Shown here: piece by piece, positions 1 through 8,350 of the stretch
Layout: the number at the start of each line of letters is the position of its first letter
Numbering within the stretch: the stretch's first letter is position 1
NCBI RefSeq assembly: GCF_000260965.1
Contig: NC_017856.1
Coordinates: forward strand, 1,260,001-1,292,000
Length of the DNA: 32,000 bases
Source: Methylophaga frappieri
GTDB lineage: Bacteria; Pseudomonadota; Gammaproteobacteria; Nitrosococcales; Methylophagaceae
Reading direction: 5' to 3'
Made by a program: the position numbers and the translations under genes
Notes under the pieces: model-generated
Told to the model about the DNA's origin: nothing
Databases searched by the model: none
What the model saw: the letters and a program-made list of their open reading frames with translations, nothing else

Positions 1-819
1 TTCGATGCGCGCCAAATCACGCAAGCGAACGACCCGACCATTTTCACCCCTTTTCACAATGATATTGCTAAATTCACTCTCGTTGAGCAGGCGTCCTTGA
101 GTTTCAACACTCAGCTCAAAAGCCCCTTTTGTCTCAGTCAAAGGTTGCTTATTAATCACCCCCGCAGCGATCTGGGCATTGTTTTGTCTTAAAGCCGTGA
201 TCACTTCATTGGCGGTCAGATTAAACGATTGCGCCCGCTCGGGATCAATCCAGATACGCATGGCGTAGGCCCGCTCAGCAACAATACGTGCTTCGCCCAC
301 CCCATCAATACGAGCTAATCTATCGACTACTTGTGTCTTGGCAAAATTGGAGACGTAGAGATTGTCCCGGGTTCCATCTGGCGACAATAAATGGATAACC
401 ATCATCAGATCGGGCGAGTTTTTACGAACATTGATACCTTGCCGGGTCACCTCTTCCGGTAGCAGTGGTTCTGCAATGGCAATCCGGTTTTGCACCAGTA
501 CCTGAGCCGTATCCAAATCGGTCCCTTGCTCAAAGGTGATGTTAAGCGAGGTCACCCCATCGGCCGTATTTTCTGACTTCATATACAGCATGTTTTCCAC
601 GCCGTTTATTTGCTGCTCCAGCACCGTCGCTACGGTATCTGCTGCCGTTTCTGCCGTAGCACCGGGATAACTTGCCGTCACCGAAATACTGGGCGGCGCA
701 ATTTCCGGATACTGGGCGACAGGCAACGTAAAGTAAGCAATACTGCCAATCAGAACAATGAGTACCGATACCACCGTGGCAAAGATAGGACGATCAACAA
801 AGAAATGGGTAAACCGCAT
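1..819 (-). CDS. RND (HAE1, AcrB/MexB-type) efflux permease, N-terminal 273 codons; 3' part lies outside the window
   Basis: Absent from the ORF track because it runs off the window edge. My translation of the minus strand from the ATG at 819-817 gives MRFTHFFVDRPIFATVVSVLIVLIGSIAYFTLPVAQYPEIAPPSISVTASYPGATAETAADTVATVLEQQINGVENMLYMKS... The frame stays open to position 1. This is the canonical RND inner-membrane pump N-terminus. The start overlaps the adaptor stop (TAATG). Confidence 0.9.
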   Translation of the reverse strand, partial: MRFTHFFVDRPIFATVVSVLIVLIGSIAYFTLPVAQYPEIAPPSISVTASYPGATAETAADTVATVLEQQINGVENMLYMKSENTADGVTSLNITFEQGTDLDTAQVLVQNRIAIAEPLLPEEVTRQGINVRKNSPDLMMVIHLLSPDGTRDNLYVSNFAKTQVVDRLARIDGVGEARIVAERAYAMRIWIDPERAQSFNLTANEVITALRQNNAQIAAGVINKQPLTETKGAFELSVETQGRLLNESEFSNIIVKRGENGRVVRLRDLARIE

Positions 820-1967
820 TAGTTTTGTTCCCCATTATTGCCCTCTTCAAATGGCACCGCATTCACTTCACTTCCCGGGCGCGCTATCATCAGCCCCTGA
901 ACAATCACGCGATCTTCAGCAGAAATGCCTGACTCAATAACACGCATACTATTTTCTTGTAATGAACCTGGTTGAATAGGGCGTGGTTCAACAATACCTT
1001 CGTCATTCACCACTAACAGAATTTTGGCAGCCTGATCGGAGACAACAGCACGATCAGGCACCAACAAAGCCTCATGTGGCTCACTTACCGGCATTCTCAA
1101 TCGGCCAAAAATACCGGGACGCAGCAGGCCCTCATCATTTTCCACCTTAACGCGCATCCGCAGCGTACCGGTAAATTCATCAATACGATTATCAACAAAA
1201 TTAAGTAGCCCTTCCCGTGGCCAGCCTTGTTCATCCAATAAGCGCAATTGGGCGGTAATTTCTGTTTGGCCATTCAGCGCGGCTTCCCCACCGGCAGCAC
1301 GCGCAAGCTGCAAGTATTCCGCTTCAGAGACATCGAAGACAAAATGCAAGGGATTGGTTGTGACAATCGTTGTTAATGGCGTGGCGCTTCCTTCAGTACT
1401 CACTAAATTTCCCACGTCAATTTGCCGGCTGGAGATCCGACCGGTAACAGGCGCCACAATTTTGGTGTACTGCAAATCAAGGGCGGCGGTCTGAACAGCA
1501 GCCTGACTCGCAGCCACATTGGCGTTGGCTTCCTGATATCGTGCTCGGCGTGTGTCTACCTCTTCAGCAGCGATAGCTTTTTGTGTCAACAAACGCTCGC
1601 CCCGCTCCAGTTCCAGCTGCGCTAATTTTAATTGACTCTGCACCCGGGATAACTCGGCTTCAGCCCGAGCCAGTGCCGCTTTAAAAGGCCTTGGGTCAAT
1701 TTCGAACAGCAAATCGCCTTTTTCAACCTGTTGACCATCCTTAAAATGGACGGCGTCCAGATAGCCTGAAACCCGCGCACGCAAGGCAACATCTTCAATA
1801 GCTTCAAAGCGGCCAGTAAACTCTTTGCGTTCAATTATCTGTTCTACTTTCGGCGTCATCACCTTCACCTCAGGCAATGGTCTTTGCTCAGCGGCAGCAT
1901 AAGACACCAGAAAAAAGGAGCTGGTAATGAGGTAACAAAGTGTCGGTAATAAACGCGATTTCAGCAT
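819..1967 (-). CDS. RND efflux periplasmic adaptor (membrane fusion protein, HlyD/AcrA family)
   Basis: 382-aa ORF with a hydrophobic N-terminal anchor or signal. It has a coiled-coil hairpin (ARAEAELSRVQSQLKLAQLELERGERLL ... AAVQTAALDLQYTKIVAPVTGRIS) and beta-barrel-like C-terminal segments typical of MFPs. It is coupled by a 1-nt overlap to the downstream RND pump. Confidence 0.9.
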   Translation of the reverse strand: MLKSRLLPTLCYLITSSFFLVSYAAAEQRPLPEVKVMTPKVEQIIERKEFTGRFEAIEDVALRARVSGYLDAVHFKDGQQVEKGDLLFEIDPRPFKAALARAEAELSRVQSQLKLAQLELERGERLLTQKAIAAEEVDTRRARYQEANANVAASQAAVQTAALDLQYTKIVAPVTGRISSRQIDVGNLVSTEGSATPLTTIVTTNPLHFVFDVSEAEYLQLARAAGGEAALNGQTEITAQLRLLDEQGWPREGLLNFVDNRIDEFTGTLRMRVKVENDEGLLRPGIFGRLRMPVSEPHEALLVPDRAVVSDQAAKILLVVNDEGIVEPRPIQPGSLQENSMRVIESGISAEDRVIVQGLMIARPGSEVNAVPFEEGNNGEQN

Positions 1968-2010
1968 AGTGCAGTCCCAGGCAATGACAAGATTCGGAAT
2001 ATTGCTTTCC

Positions 2011-2045
2011 AGAAAGATAAAACCTTAACGATAAATTATCTTTCT
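2011..2045. promoter_or_regulatory. Candidate MarR operator: 10-bp perfect inverted repeat AGAAAGATAA-N15-TTATCTTTCT in the divergent efflux/marR promoter region
   Basis: Read directly: arms at 2011-2020 and 2036-2045 are exact reverse complements. The repeat sits in the 130-bp gap between the adaptor start (1967) and the marR start (2098). A CATAAT -10-like hexamer lies just downstream (2064-2069). Confidence 0.45.
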
Positions 2046-2097
2046 AGCAAGTTAATTTTTTTGTCATAATCTAACCTTCGGTAATGAAGGAACTGAT

Positions 2098-2598
2098 GTG
2101 AGCGATAAAATAGCCCCAATCGAATCGATTATTGAGCGGATGAAGGCAAATCTGCCGGCCGATAATTTACCTGCCGCCGCCACCGTCAAACGCTTGTACT
2201 GGGCGCGTGAACAATTATTCAGTATGAGTAAACAGGTGATGGAAAAAAATACGCTTAGTGCGGGGGAATATGATGCGCTCGGCTCATTGCGGGTCCAAGG
2301 CAGTCCATTTGAGCTGACACCGTCGGATATTTGCCAAAACAATATGTTGAGCTCGGGCGGGCTGACCAAGGTACTCAATAATCTGGAAAAACGCGGCTTG
2401 ATCTCACGCCATGCCTGCCATGAAGATCAGCGCAGTCGAAAAGTTCGCCTAACCCAAGCGGGCCAGAACTTGATTGAATCCGCTTTGTCGGAAGTGTTCG
2501 CTGATTATGAAACACGTTTGGCGAAAACATTGTCGGCGTCTGAGCGGCAACAATTAGATAACTTGCTGGGCAAACTTAATCAACCGGGTAACGAATAG
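2098..2598 (+). CDS. MarR-family transcriptional regulator
   Basis: 166-aa ORF with a winged-helix segment LSSGGLTKVLNNLEKRGLISRHACHEDQRSRKVRLTQAGQNLIE typical of MarR. GTG start with a GAAGGA Shine-Dalgarno 6 nt upstream. Divergent from the efflux operon, which is the classic arrangement. Confidence 0.85.
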   Translation: MSDKIAPIESIIERMKANLPADNLPAAATVKRLYWAREQLFSMSKQVMEKNTLSAGEYDALGSLRVQGSPFELTPSDICQNNMLSSGGLTKVLNNLEKRGLISRHACHEDQRSRKVRLTQAGQNLIESALSEVFADYETRLAKTLSASERQQLDNLLGKLNQPGNE

Positions 2599-2599
2599 G

Positions 2600-2788
2600 A
2601 TAGCCCCCACAGTGCCGATGCGAACGGGGTTCTTGAACCAGGAGGTCCAAGAGTGAAACCGCATGGGACTGGCAAACTTCCCGTCAGAGCGGGCCTGTTT
2701 TTCAATCCCGAAATTTTGGTTTCGGTAAGCATTTGCTTATCGGCTCAAGACAACACATGTCGCTGTCGAACACCGCAGGGTTAAACAC
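2600..2788 (-). ncRNA. ssrS: 6S RNA (RNA polymerase sigma-70 holoenzyme-sequestering sRNA); ends approximate
   Basis: Gene-free 227-bp gap immediately downstream of zapA on the same strand, matching the conserved zapA-ssrS synteny. The minus-strand read CCCUGCGGUGUUCGACAGCG...UGAGCCGAUA...CCUGGUUCAAGAACCCCGUUCGCAUCGGCACUGUGGGG shares the UGAGCCGAUA and GGUUCAAG blocks I recall from E. coli 6S RNA. The 5' CCCUGCGGUG pairs with the 3' CACUGUGGGG to form a closing stem. Length is about 185 nt. A TATGAT -10-like hexamer lies just upstream (2796-2791). Confidence 0.75.
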
Positions 2789-2825
2789 ATCATACGCGTT
2801 TAAACTGACTTTGTGGTGATGAAAT

Positions 2826-3131
2826 TCAGAGTTCTAACTGTCGATCTTCACTTAAAAAAGCACCAACACGTTCCGTCAGCTGATTTAACTTTTCGTTGAT
2901 CGAAGACAAGTCTTGCGACTCATCCTGCTGCAAAACAATCAAGTCATGCGCAATATTTAACGCGGCCATAACGGCAATACGATCAACGCCAACAACTTTA
3001 CCACTGGCACGGATTTTTTCCATATTCTGGTGCACCATACGCGCTGAAGCAAGTAGCGCGTCTTTTTCCTCATCGGGGCAAGCAACTTGATAGTCCTTAC
3101 CAAGAATGGTCACATTAACCGCTGTACTCAT
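2826..3131 (-). CDS. zapA: Cell division protein ZapA
   Basis: 101-aa ORF with MSTAVNVTILGKDYQVACPDEEKDALLASARMVHQNMEKIRASGKVVGVDRIAVMAALNIAHDL, matching the ZapA pattern. Followed by the 6S RNA candidate. Start overlaps the upstream small gene (ATGA). Confidence 0.9.
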   Translation of the reverse strand: MSTAVNVTILGKDYQVACPDEEKDALLASARMVHQNMEKIRASGKVVGVDRIAVMAALNIAHDLIVLQQDESQDLSSINEKLNQLTERVGAFLSEDRQLEL

Positions 3132-3337
3132 AATTCTTCATCCAGCTGTTTAAGACGCATCACCATTTTATCGATTCGGCTTTTGGCAATATCTGTTTTT
3201 TCAATTAGTTGCGCCCGCTCACTGAGCCAAGCAGCTTGTTGGGATCGCAGTAATAAATTCTCTTCGCGCAGACGGCGCCCCGCACGCAGCAGCTGCTCAA
3301 TCTGCTGTTCCAATTGTTGTACCGGGCTTTTATCCAT
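3128..3337 (-). CDS. Small coiled-coil protein (ZapB-like; resembles the small conserved gene found upstream of zapA in pseudomonads)
   Basis: 69-aa ORF that is almost entirely heptad-like helix (QQLEQQIEQLLRAGRRLREENLLLRSQQAAWLSERAQLIEKTD...). 4-nt overlap with zapA. The position upstream of zapA and divergent from ygfB is conserved as I recall it. Confidence 0.6.
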   Translation of the reverse strand: MDKSPVQQLEQQIEQLLRAGRRLREENLLLRSQQAAWLSERAQLIEKTDIAKSRIDKMVMRLKQLDEEL

Positions 3338-3442
3338 TACTATGCGTCTTGGCTGTGCGAAAATAATGGTTAACTATAGTCGTGGGCCGTTGACCCGGTC
3401 AATAAGCGACGTCGCACAATTTAAAAATCAGGCTAAAACCTT

Positions 3443-3991
3443 ATGTCTCAATTATATTTTCCATCGCTGTCACCCAAAAATATGGCCAATGATGGCCCCA
3501 CTACCGAAGCAGAACTTCAAGGCGCACTATGCGGGCTGTTATGTATGGATCCGCAGGCGAGTCGATACGGCTGGTATCACGTTTTATTTGAAGATTATCA
3601 GCCCGGAGCAGAAGAGCAACAAAATTTAACCTTACTGTTCGATGAAACCATCCAAGCCTTAAATAGCCTCGATTTTGCGCTTGACTTATCGCTGCCAGAT
3701 GATGATTCACCACTCGGTTCACGTGTCGTAGCCATGGCAGACTGGTGTCAGGGTTTGTTGTACGGTTTGGCAGTTGCCGGACTGACAGACACAACTTCTT
3801 TATCAAAAGACTGTCAGGAATATGTGACCGATGTTATCCAGATAAGTCAGATTAATGATGTCGATCTGGATGAGTCCGAACATGATGAATCTAATTTTGC
3901 AGAATTAGTTGAATACTTGCGGATGGGGCTTTTTCTCTTATTTGGCGAACTCAGCCCTGACGAAAATCAAGATGAGCAAACAGAACACTAA
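3443..3991 (+). CDS. ygfB: UPF0149 family protein (YgfB-like)
   Basis: 182-aa acidic protein directly upstream of pepP with a 1-nt stop/start overlap (TAATG). This is the same position as ygfB in the ygfB-pepP-ubiH-ubiI arrangement. Motifs such as ELQGALCGLLC and DWCQGLLYGL fit the family as I remember it. Confidence 0.75.
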   Translation: MSQLYFPSLSPKNMANDGPTTEAELQGALCGLLCMDPQASRYGWYHVLFEDYQPGAEEQQNLTLLFDETIQALNSLDFALDLSLPDDDSPLGSRVVAMADWCQGLLYGLAVAGLTDTTSLSKDCQEYVTDVIQISQINDVDLDESEHDESNFAELVEYLRMGLFLLFGELSPDENQDEQTEH

Positions 3992-5301
3992 TGACTCGAC
4001 AAGAATATGCTCGGCGCCGTCGCCGACTGATGGAGATGATGGGACAAGACAGTATTGCGGTGCTGCCTAACGCGCTTGAACTGACGCGTAATCGCGATGT
4101 GCACTTTCCGTTTCGAAGTGATAGTCACTTTCACTATTTGACCGGTTTTGACGAACCTGAGTCCGTAGTGGTGTTAGTGCCTGGTCGGCCGCATGGTGAA
4201 TTTATTTTGTTTTGCCGCGAGCGCCATTTAGAAAAAGAAATCTGGGATGGCTATCGAGCAGGCCTGGAAGGCGCAATTCAAGATTTCTCGGCAGATGATG
4301 CCTATCCCATCACCGATTTGGATGAAATTTTGCCCGGTCTGATGGAAGACAAGGAAAAAGTGTATTACACCATGGGCAGTCAACCCGCTTTTGATCAGCG
4401 TATGGTCAATTGGCTGCAACATTTACGGCAGGCATCGCGCGGCGGCAAACATTCACCGACTGAAATTATTGAGCTGGAACATAGCCTGAGTGAGCTGCGA
4501 TTATTCAAGAGCAGTCAAGAAATCAAGGCCATGAAAACGGCTGCTGACATATCAGTCAAAGCCCATATCCGGGCCATGCAACACACACAACCAGGTAAAT
4601 GGGAATATGAAGTCGAAGCAGAGTTGCTGCATGAGTTTATGCGGCATGGCTGTCGCAGCCCAGCTTATCCTTCAATAGTGGGTGGCGGCGAAAATGGCTG
4701 CATTTTGCATTACATCGAAAACAACCACAAGCTGAACAATAACGAATTATTGTTAATTGATGCCGGTGCGGAATATCAATTTTATGCGGCAGACATTACT
4801 CGCACCTTTCCTGTAAGCGGTAAATTTACTGACGCACAACGTGATTTATATCAAGTTGTATTGGACGCCCAATACGCCGCGATTGATGCCGTCAAACCCG
4901 GTAATCATTGGAATCAGCCACATGAAGTAGCCGTTAAAGTACTGACTGAAGGTTTAGTCTCTCTTGGCTTATTATCGGGCGACGTTGATGCTTTAATTGA
5001 ATCCGGCGCTTACCGTGAATTCTATATGCATCGTACCGGCCATTGGTTGGGTATGGATGTTCACGATGTGGGTGATTACAAAGTCGGTGACACCTGGCGT
5101 TTACTAGAACCCGGCATGGTGCTGACTATTGAACCTGGCTTGTATATTCGCGATCAGGAAAGCGTCCCCGAAAAGTATCATTTTATCGGTATTCGGATTG
5201 AAGATGATGTCCTGGTGACGAAAACCGGTCATGAAGTGCTATCTACAGGCGCACCAAAAGAAATCGCTGATATTGAAGCGTTAATGGCGGCTGAGCATTG
5301 A
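3991..5301 (+). CDS. pepP: Xaa-Pro aminopeptidase (aminopeptidase P, M24B)
   Basis: 436 aa. Metal-ligand motifs are LLIDAGAEY..YAADITRTFP, HRTGHWLGMDVHD, LTIEPGLY and GIRIEDDVLVT. Synteny with ygfB and ubiH. Confidence 0.93.
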   Translation: MTRQEYARRRRRLMEMMGQDSIAVLPNALELTRNRDVHFPFRSDSHFHYLTGFDEPESVVVLVPGRPHGEFILFCRERHLEKEIWDGYRAGLEGAIQDFSADDAYPITDLDEILPGLMEDKEKVYYTMGSQPAFDQRMVNWLQHLRQASRGGKHSPTEIIELEHSLSELRLFKSSQEIKAMKTAADISVKAHIRAMQHTQPGKWEYEVEAELLHEFMRHGCRSPAYPSIVGGGENGCILHYIENNHKLNNNELLLIDAGAEYQFYAADITRTFPVSGKFTDAQRDLYQVVLDAQYAAIDAVKPGNHWNQPHEVAVKVLTEGLVSLGLLSGDVDALIESGAYREFYMHRTGHWLGMDVHDVGDYKVGDTWRLLEPGMVLTIEPGLYIRDQESVPEKYHFIGIRIEDDVLVTKTGHEVLSTGAPKEIADIEALMAAEH

Positions 5302-5306
5302 TTTAG

Positions 5307-6509
5307 ATGACAACGGTTGATTTTGACTTATTGATTGTCGGGGCTGGCCTGGTTGGCAGCAGCTTAGCGTTAGCGTTAAAAGACAGCCAGCTCCGCGTCG
5401 GCTTGATTGAAGCCAGTCCAATCGAAACCAATGCGCAGCCTAATTATGATGACCGAGGCATTGCGCTTTCCTACAGCTCAGTGTTGATTTTTCAACAGCT
5501 CGGCTTATGGTCTGATTTATCTGCTTTTGCGACGGCTATCGAACAGATTCATATTTCAGATCGGGGACATTTTGGCGTGACCCGGCTGCGTGCTGTCGAT
5601 GCCAATGTCCCCGCTCTGGGTCAGGTTTTGACAGCTAAGCAACTTGGCCAGCAACTTAATACTGCTCTATCAAGCCAGCCACGAATTAAATCGTTCTCAC
5701 CACACACCGTTAAAGCTGTTATGCCACAGACGGATTACGTTGCCGTAACCTTAGAAGACGGGCAAGTATTGCACAGCCGACTGCTGGTCGCTGCTGATGG
5801 TCAAAATTCCACGATCAGCTCGTTACTGCACCTCACGTCACAACAACAGCATTATCACCAAACCGCTATTACCACGAATGTTACCCCGCAACGCGCGCAT
5901 CAAAATCGTGCTTTTGAACGATTTACCGATACCGGCCCGCTGGCACTGCTTCCACTGTCTGAAAATCGTTGTAGCCTGATATGGACAGTGAAAACAGGTG
6001 AGGAACAGGCGCTGCTCAATTTGCCTGATCAGGTCTTTTTGTCGCGATTACAGGAACGTTTCGGATTTCGGTTGGGTTATTTTCAACGTACCGGGCAACG
6101 ACATCACTATCCACTTACTTTAAAACAGACTTCGCAAACTGAGCCGCCGCGCGTTATTCTCATCGGCAATGCTGCCCAAAGCCTGCATCCCATCGCAGGT
6201 CAAGGCTTTAATTTGGGCTTACGAGATGCCGCCGTACTCGCGGAAGTTGTGAAGAAACATACCGCGGACTGCGGTCACCAACGTTGCTTACAAGATTATC
6301 GTGACTGGCAGCAACCTGAGCGCAACAGGATTGTGAACTACACTGACGGCCTGGTTCGTTTGTTCAGTAATGACCAAACCTTATTAGGGCACGGTCGTGC
6401 AGCAGGGTTAGCCATGTTGGATTGCCTACCACCACTCAAAAATCAACTTGCCCAACATTTTATGGGCTTTTGTGGTCGCCAAAGCCGTTTGGTTCGAGGA
6501 CAACCCTGA
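5307..6509 (+). CDS. ubiH: FAD-dependent ubiquinone biosynthesis hydroxylase (2-octaprenyl-6-methoxyphenol hydroxylase type)
   Basis: 400 aa. N-terminal DLLIVGAGLVGSSLALAL (GxGxxG) and GNAAQSLHPIAGQGFNLGLRD, the UbiH/UbiF/Coq6 family signature. Located after pepP as in E. coli. Confidence 0.85.
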   Translation: MTTVDFDLLIVGAGLVGSSLALALKDSQLRVGLIEASPIETNAQPNYDDRGIALSYSSVLIFQQLGLWSDLSAFATAIEQIHISDRGHFGVTRLRAVDANVPALGQVLTAKQLGQQLNTALSSQPRIKSFSPHTVKAVMPQTDYVAVTLEDGQVLHSRLLVAADGQNSTISSLLHLTSQQQHYHQTAITTNVTPQRAHQNRAFERFTDTGPLALLPLSENRCSLIWTVKTGEEQALLNLPDQVFLSRLQERFGFRLGYFQRTGQRHHYPLTLKQTSQTEPPRVILIGNAAQSLHPIAGQGFNLGLRDAAVLAEVVKKHTADCGHQRCLQDYRDWQQPERNRIVNYTDGLVRLFSNDQTLLGHGRAAGLAMLDCLPPLKNQLAQHFMGFCGRQSRLVRGQP

Positions 6510-7684
6510 TGGCACGCCATACCGATATTTTAATTGTGGGTGGCGGTATGGTTGGCACCGTTCAAGCATTGGCTTTAGCACAACAAACCCAGTTGTCCAT
6601 CACGCTTTTAGAAAGTGATCCGGTAACCGAGTTTACCGTAAATCAGCCAACAGAGCTCAGAGTGAGTGCGCTTAATAGCGCAAGTCGAGCGTTGTTATCG
6701 AAATTAGGTGTTTGGCAGCAACTTCATACAAACCGAATTGGCCATTTCGACACGATGACCATTTTTGATCAGCACGCGAGCCTACAATTTGATGCGGCTG
6801 AAACAGGACAGACTGCGCTAGGCTATATTGTCGAAAACTGCCATTTACAATGGGCTGCCACAGAGCTTATCTCGCAATTTTCTCATATTCAGGTGCTTTC
6901 TCCAGCCACCGTGACGGCACTATCGGGGCAGACGGTCACGCTATCTGATAAACAATCTCTCTCAGCCAAATTAATTATTGGTGCAGATGGCCAACACTCC
7001 GCGATTCGCCAATGGGCTGGTATTCATCGACAAACGCTACGTTATCAACAGCACGGTTTGGTTGCCATTATTCATTCGGAAAAACCACACTTGAACTGTG
7101 CTAGACAGCGATTTGTTGACGGCGGGCCCGTTGCATTTCTGCCTTTGGCTGATCCGCACCAATCAGCCATTGTCTGGAGTTTGCCTGTGGCAACCTGCCA
7201 GGAATTATCTACCTGTTCTCCTGCCGCGTTCATACAACGCCTCCACGAGATTGCCAATATGGATTTGGGTGAACTGCAGTTATTGTCCGCCCGTGCGGCA
7301 TTTCCGTTGCAATCTCATCATGCTGATCATTACGTCAAACCAGGGATAGCATTGATAGGTGATGCAGCGCACGGTGTGCATCCGCTTGCTGGGCAAGGCG
7401 TTAACCTGGGTTTTCAAGATGTTGCTGCTCTGACTAAAGTTGTCAGCGAGGCCACCCATCGACAACGTCATTTTGCAGACGTAAACGTTCTACGACGTTA
7501 TCAGCGCGCCCGTCGGGCAGAAAATCTCGTCATGCAACATAGTTTGACGGGGCTACATCACGTTTTTGGGTTTCGCCCCCCCCTATTTAATCAGTTAAGA
7601 GCATCGGGGCTGCATTTATTAAACCAATGCCCGCCAATTAAAAACTGGTTAGTGAAACAGGCCGCCGGCAAATTAGATCGGTAA
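6509..7684 (+). CDS. ubiI: FAD-dependent ubiquinone biosynthesis hydroxylase, second paralogue (UbiI/VisC-like)
   Basis: The ORF track starts at 6422. The in-frame ATG at 6509 overlaps the ubiH stop (TGATG) and gives MARHTDILIVGGGMVGTVQALAL, with the GxGxxG at the family-typical distance. IGDAAHGVHPLAGQGVNLGFQD is present. The assignment as UbiI rather than UbiF rests on position only. Confidence 0.75.
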   Translation: MARHTDILIVGGGMVGTVQALALAQQTQLSITLLESDPVTEFTVNQPTELRVSALNSASRALLSKLGVWQQLHTNRIGHFDTMTIFDQHASLQFDAAETGQTALGYIVENCHLQWAATELISQFSHIQVLSPATVTALSGQTVTLSDKQSLSAKLIIGADGQHSAIRQWAGIHRQTLRYQQHGLVAIIHSEKPHLNCARQRFVDGGPVAFLPLADPHQSAIVWSLPVATCQELSTCSPAAFIQRLHEIANMDLGELQLLSARAAFPLQSHHADHYVKPGIALIGDAAHGVHPLAGQGVNLGFQDVAALTKVVSEATHRQRHFADVNVLRRYQRARRAENLVMQHSLTGLHHVFGFRPPLFNQLRASGLHLLNQCPPIKNWLVKQAAGKLDR

Positions 7685-8350
7685 AAAAGCCATTGAGGCT
7701 GCTTGAATAACGACCGTTTTAACCATCCGCCCTTGCCTTGTCGCAATGATTTGCGACAAATTTTCCTGTGTTGTGATCATGCCGCCAATCAGGCGTTGAA
7801 AACTCAGGTTTTGTTCCAGAGCCGCAGTGCTGTCACTGAGGAGAACCCGGTTACCCTGATGATCGCGGCGGGTCGCCAATAGCCAGGCAGCAATTTCGAT
7901 GTTACGGGCACTGTTATAGAGTTTTTGAGCATCAATTTCGGTCAGATAGTAAAAATCCGTTTTGTAGTCATAGGAAGCCATCAACATCCGGCGCATACCA
8001 ACCGTAAAGGCCAGCACGCGATCCCCTTCATACTCGGGGCTGAGTGCATCACGCAAAATATCGGTCGGTTTGGTGTTTTTCCATTTACTAAAGCCAGCCA
8101 ACGCTGGATAGTTAAACAATCGTGCCACACTCTCTTCTAAGGTCCGCTTGCCGCGATCATGCCGCTCATTAGGATTACGGCGATAGAGTTTCAAGGTCAG
8201 CGTTTTTAAATCCTGAATCACACGTTGCTGATGTAATTCGATGATTTCATCTATGGTGCTTTTGCCAAACTGATTTATCGATTTCGGTGGCTTGGCGCTG
8301 CCACAAGCGGTCAGGCAAAAAATCATCAACACCAAACTAAACCCTTTCAT
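7673..8350 (-). CDS. Predicted lipoprotein, function unknown
   Basis: ORF 7673-8353. The first codon is TTG and the second is ATG (8350), which gives [18 protein letters not shown] with a lipobox L-T-A-C. The rest looks largely helical with no motif I recognise. The 3' end overlaps the ubiI 3' end by 12 nt, convergently. Confidence 0.6.
   Translation of the reverse strand: MKGFSLVLMIFCLTACGSAKPPKSINQFGKSTIDEIIELHQQRVIQDLKTLTLKLYRRNPNERHDRGKRTLEESVARLFNYPALAGFSKWKNTKPTDILRDALSPEYEGDRVLAFTVGMRRMLMASYDYKTDFYYLTEIDAQKLYNSARNIEIAAWLLATRRDHQGNRVLLSDSTAALEQNLSFQRLIGGMITTQENLSQIIATRQGRMVKTVVIQAASMAFLPI

Noticed and set aside
3390-3402. Palindrome TTGACC-C-GGTCAA in the divergent region between the coiled-coil gene and ygfB
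   Set aside because: The arms are only 6 bp, so it is easily a chance occurrence. It may simply contain a TTGACC -35-like hexamer. It is not enough to call an operator.
3087-3629. 180-aa plus-strand ORF spanning the zapA / coiled-coil genes (antisense) and the start of ygfB
   Set aside because: It is antisense to two well-supported genes and out of frame with a third. The product is Cys/Ser/Arg-rich and low-complexity, with no motif. This is typical shadow-ORF behaviour.
6422-6508. N-terminal extension of the UbiI-like ORF
   Set aside because: It would overlap 88 nt of ubiH. The in-frame ATG at 6509 overlaps the ubiH stop and puts the GxGxxG FAD motif at the family-typical position.
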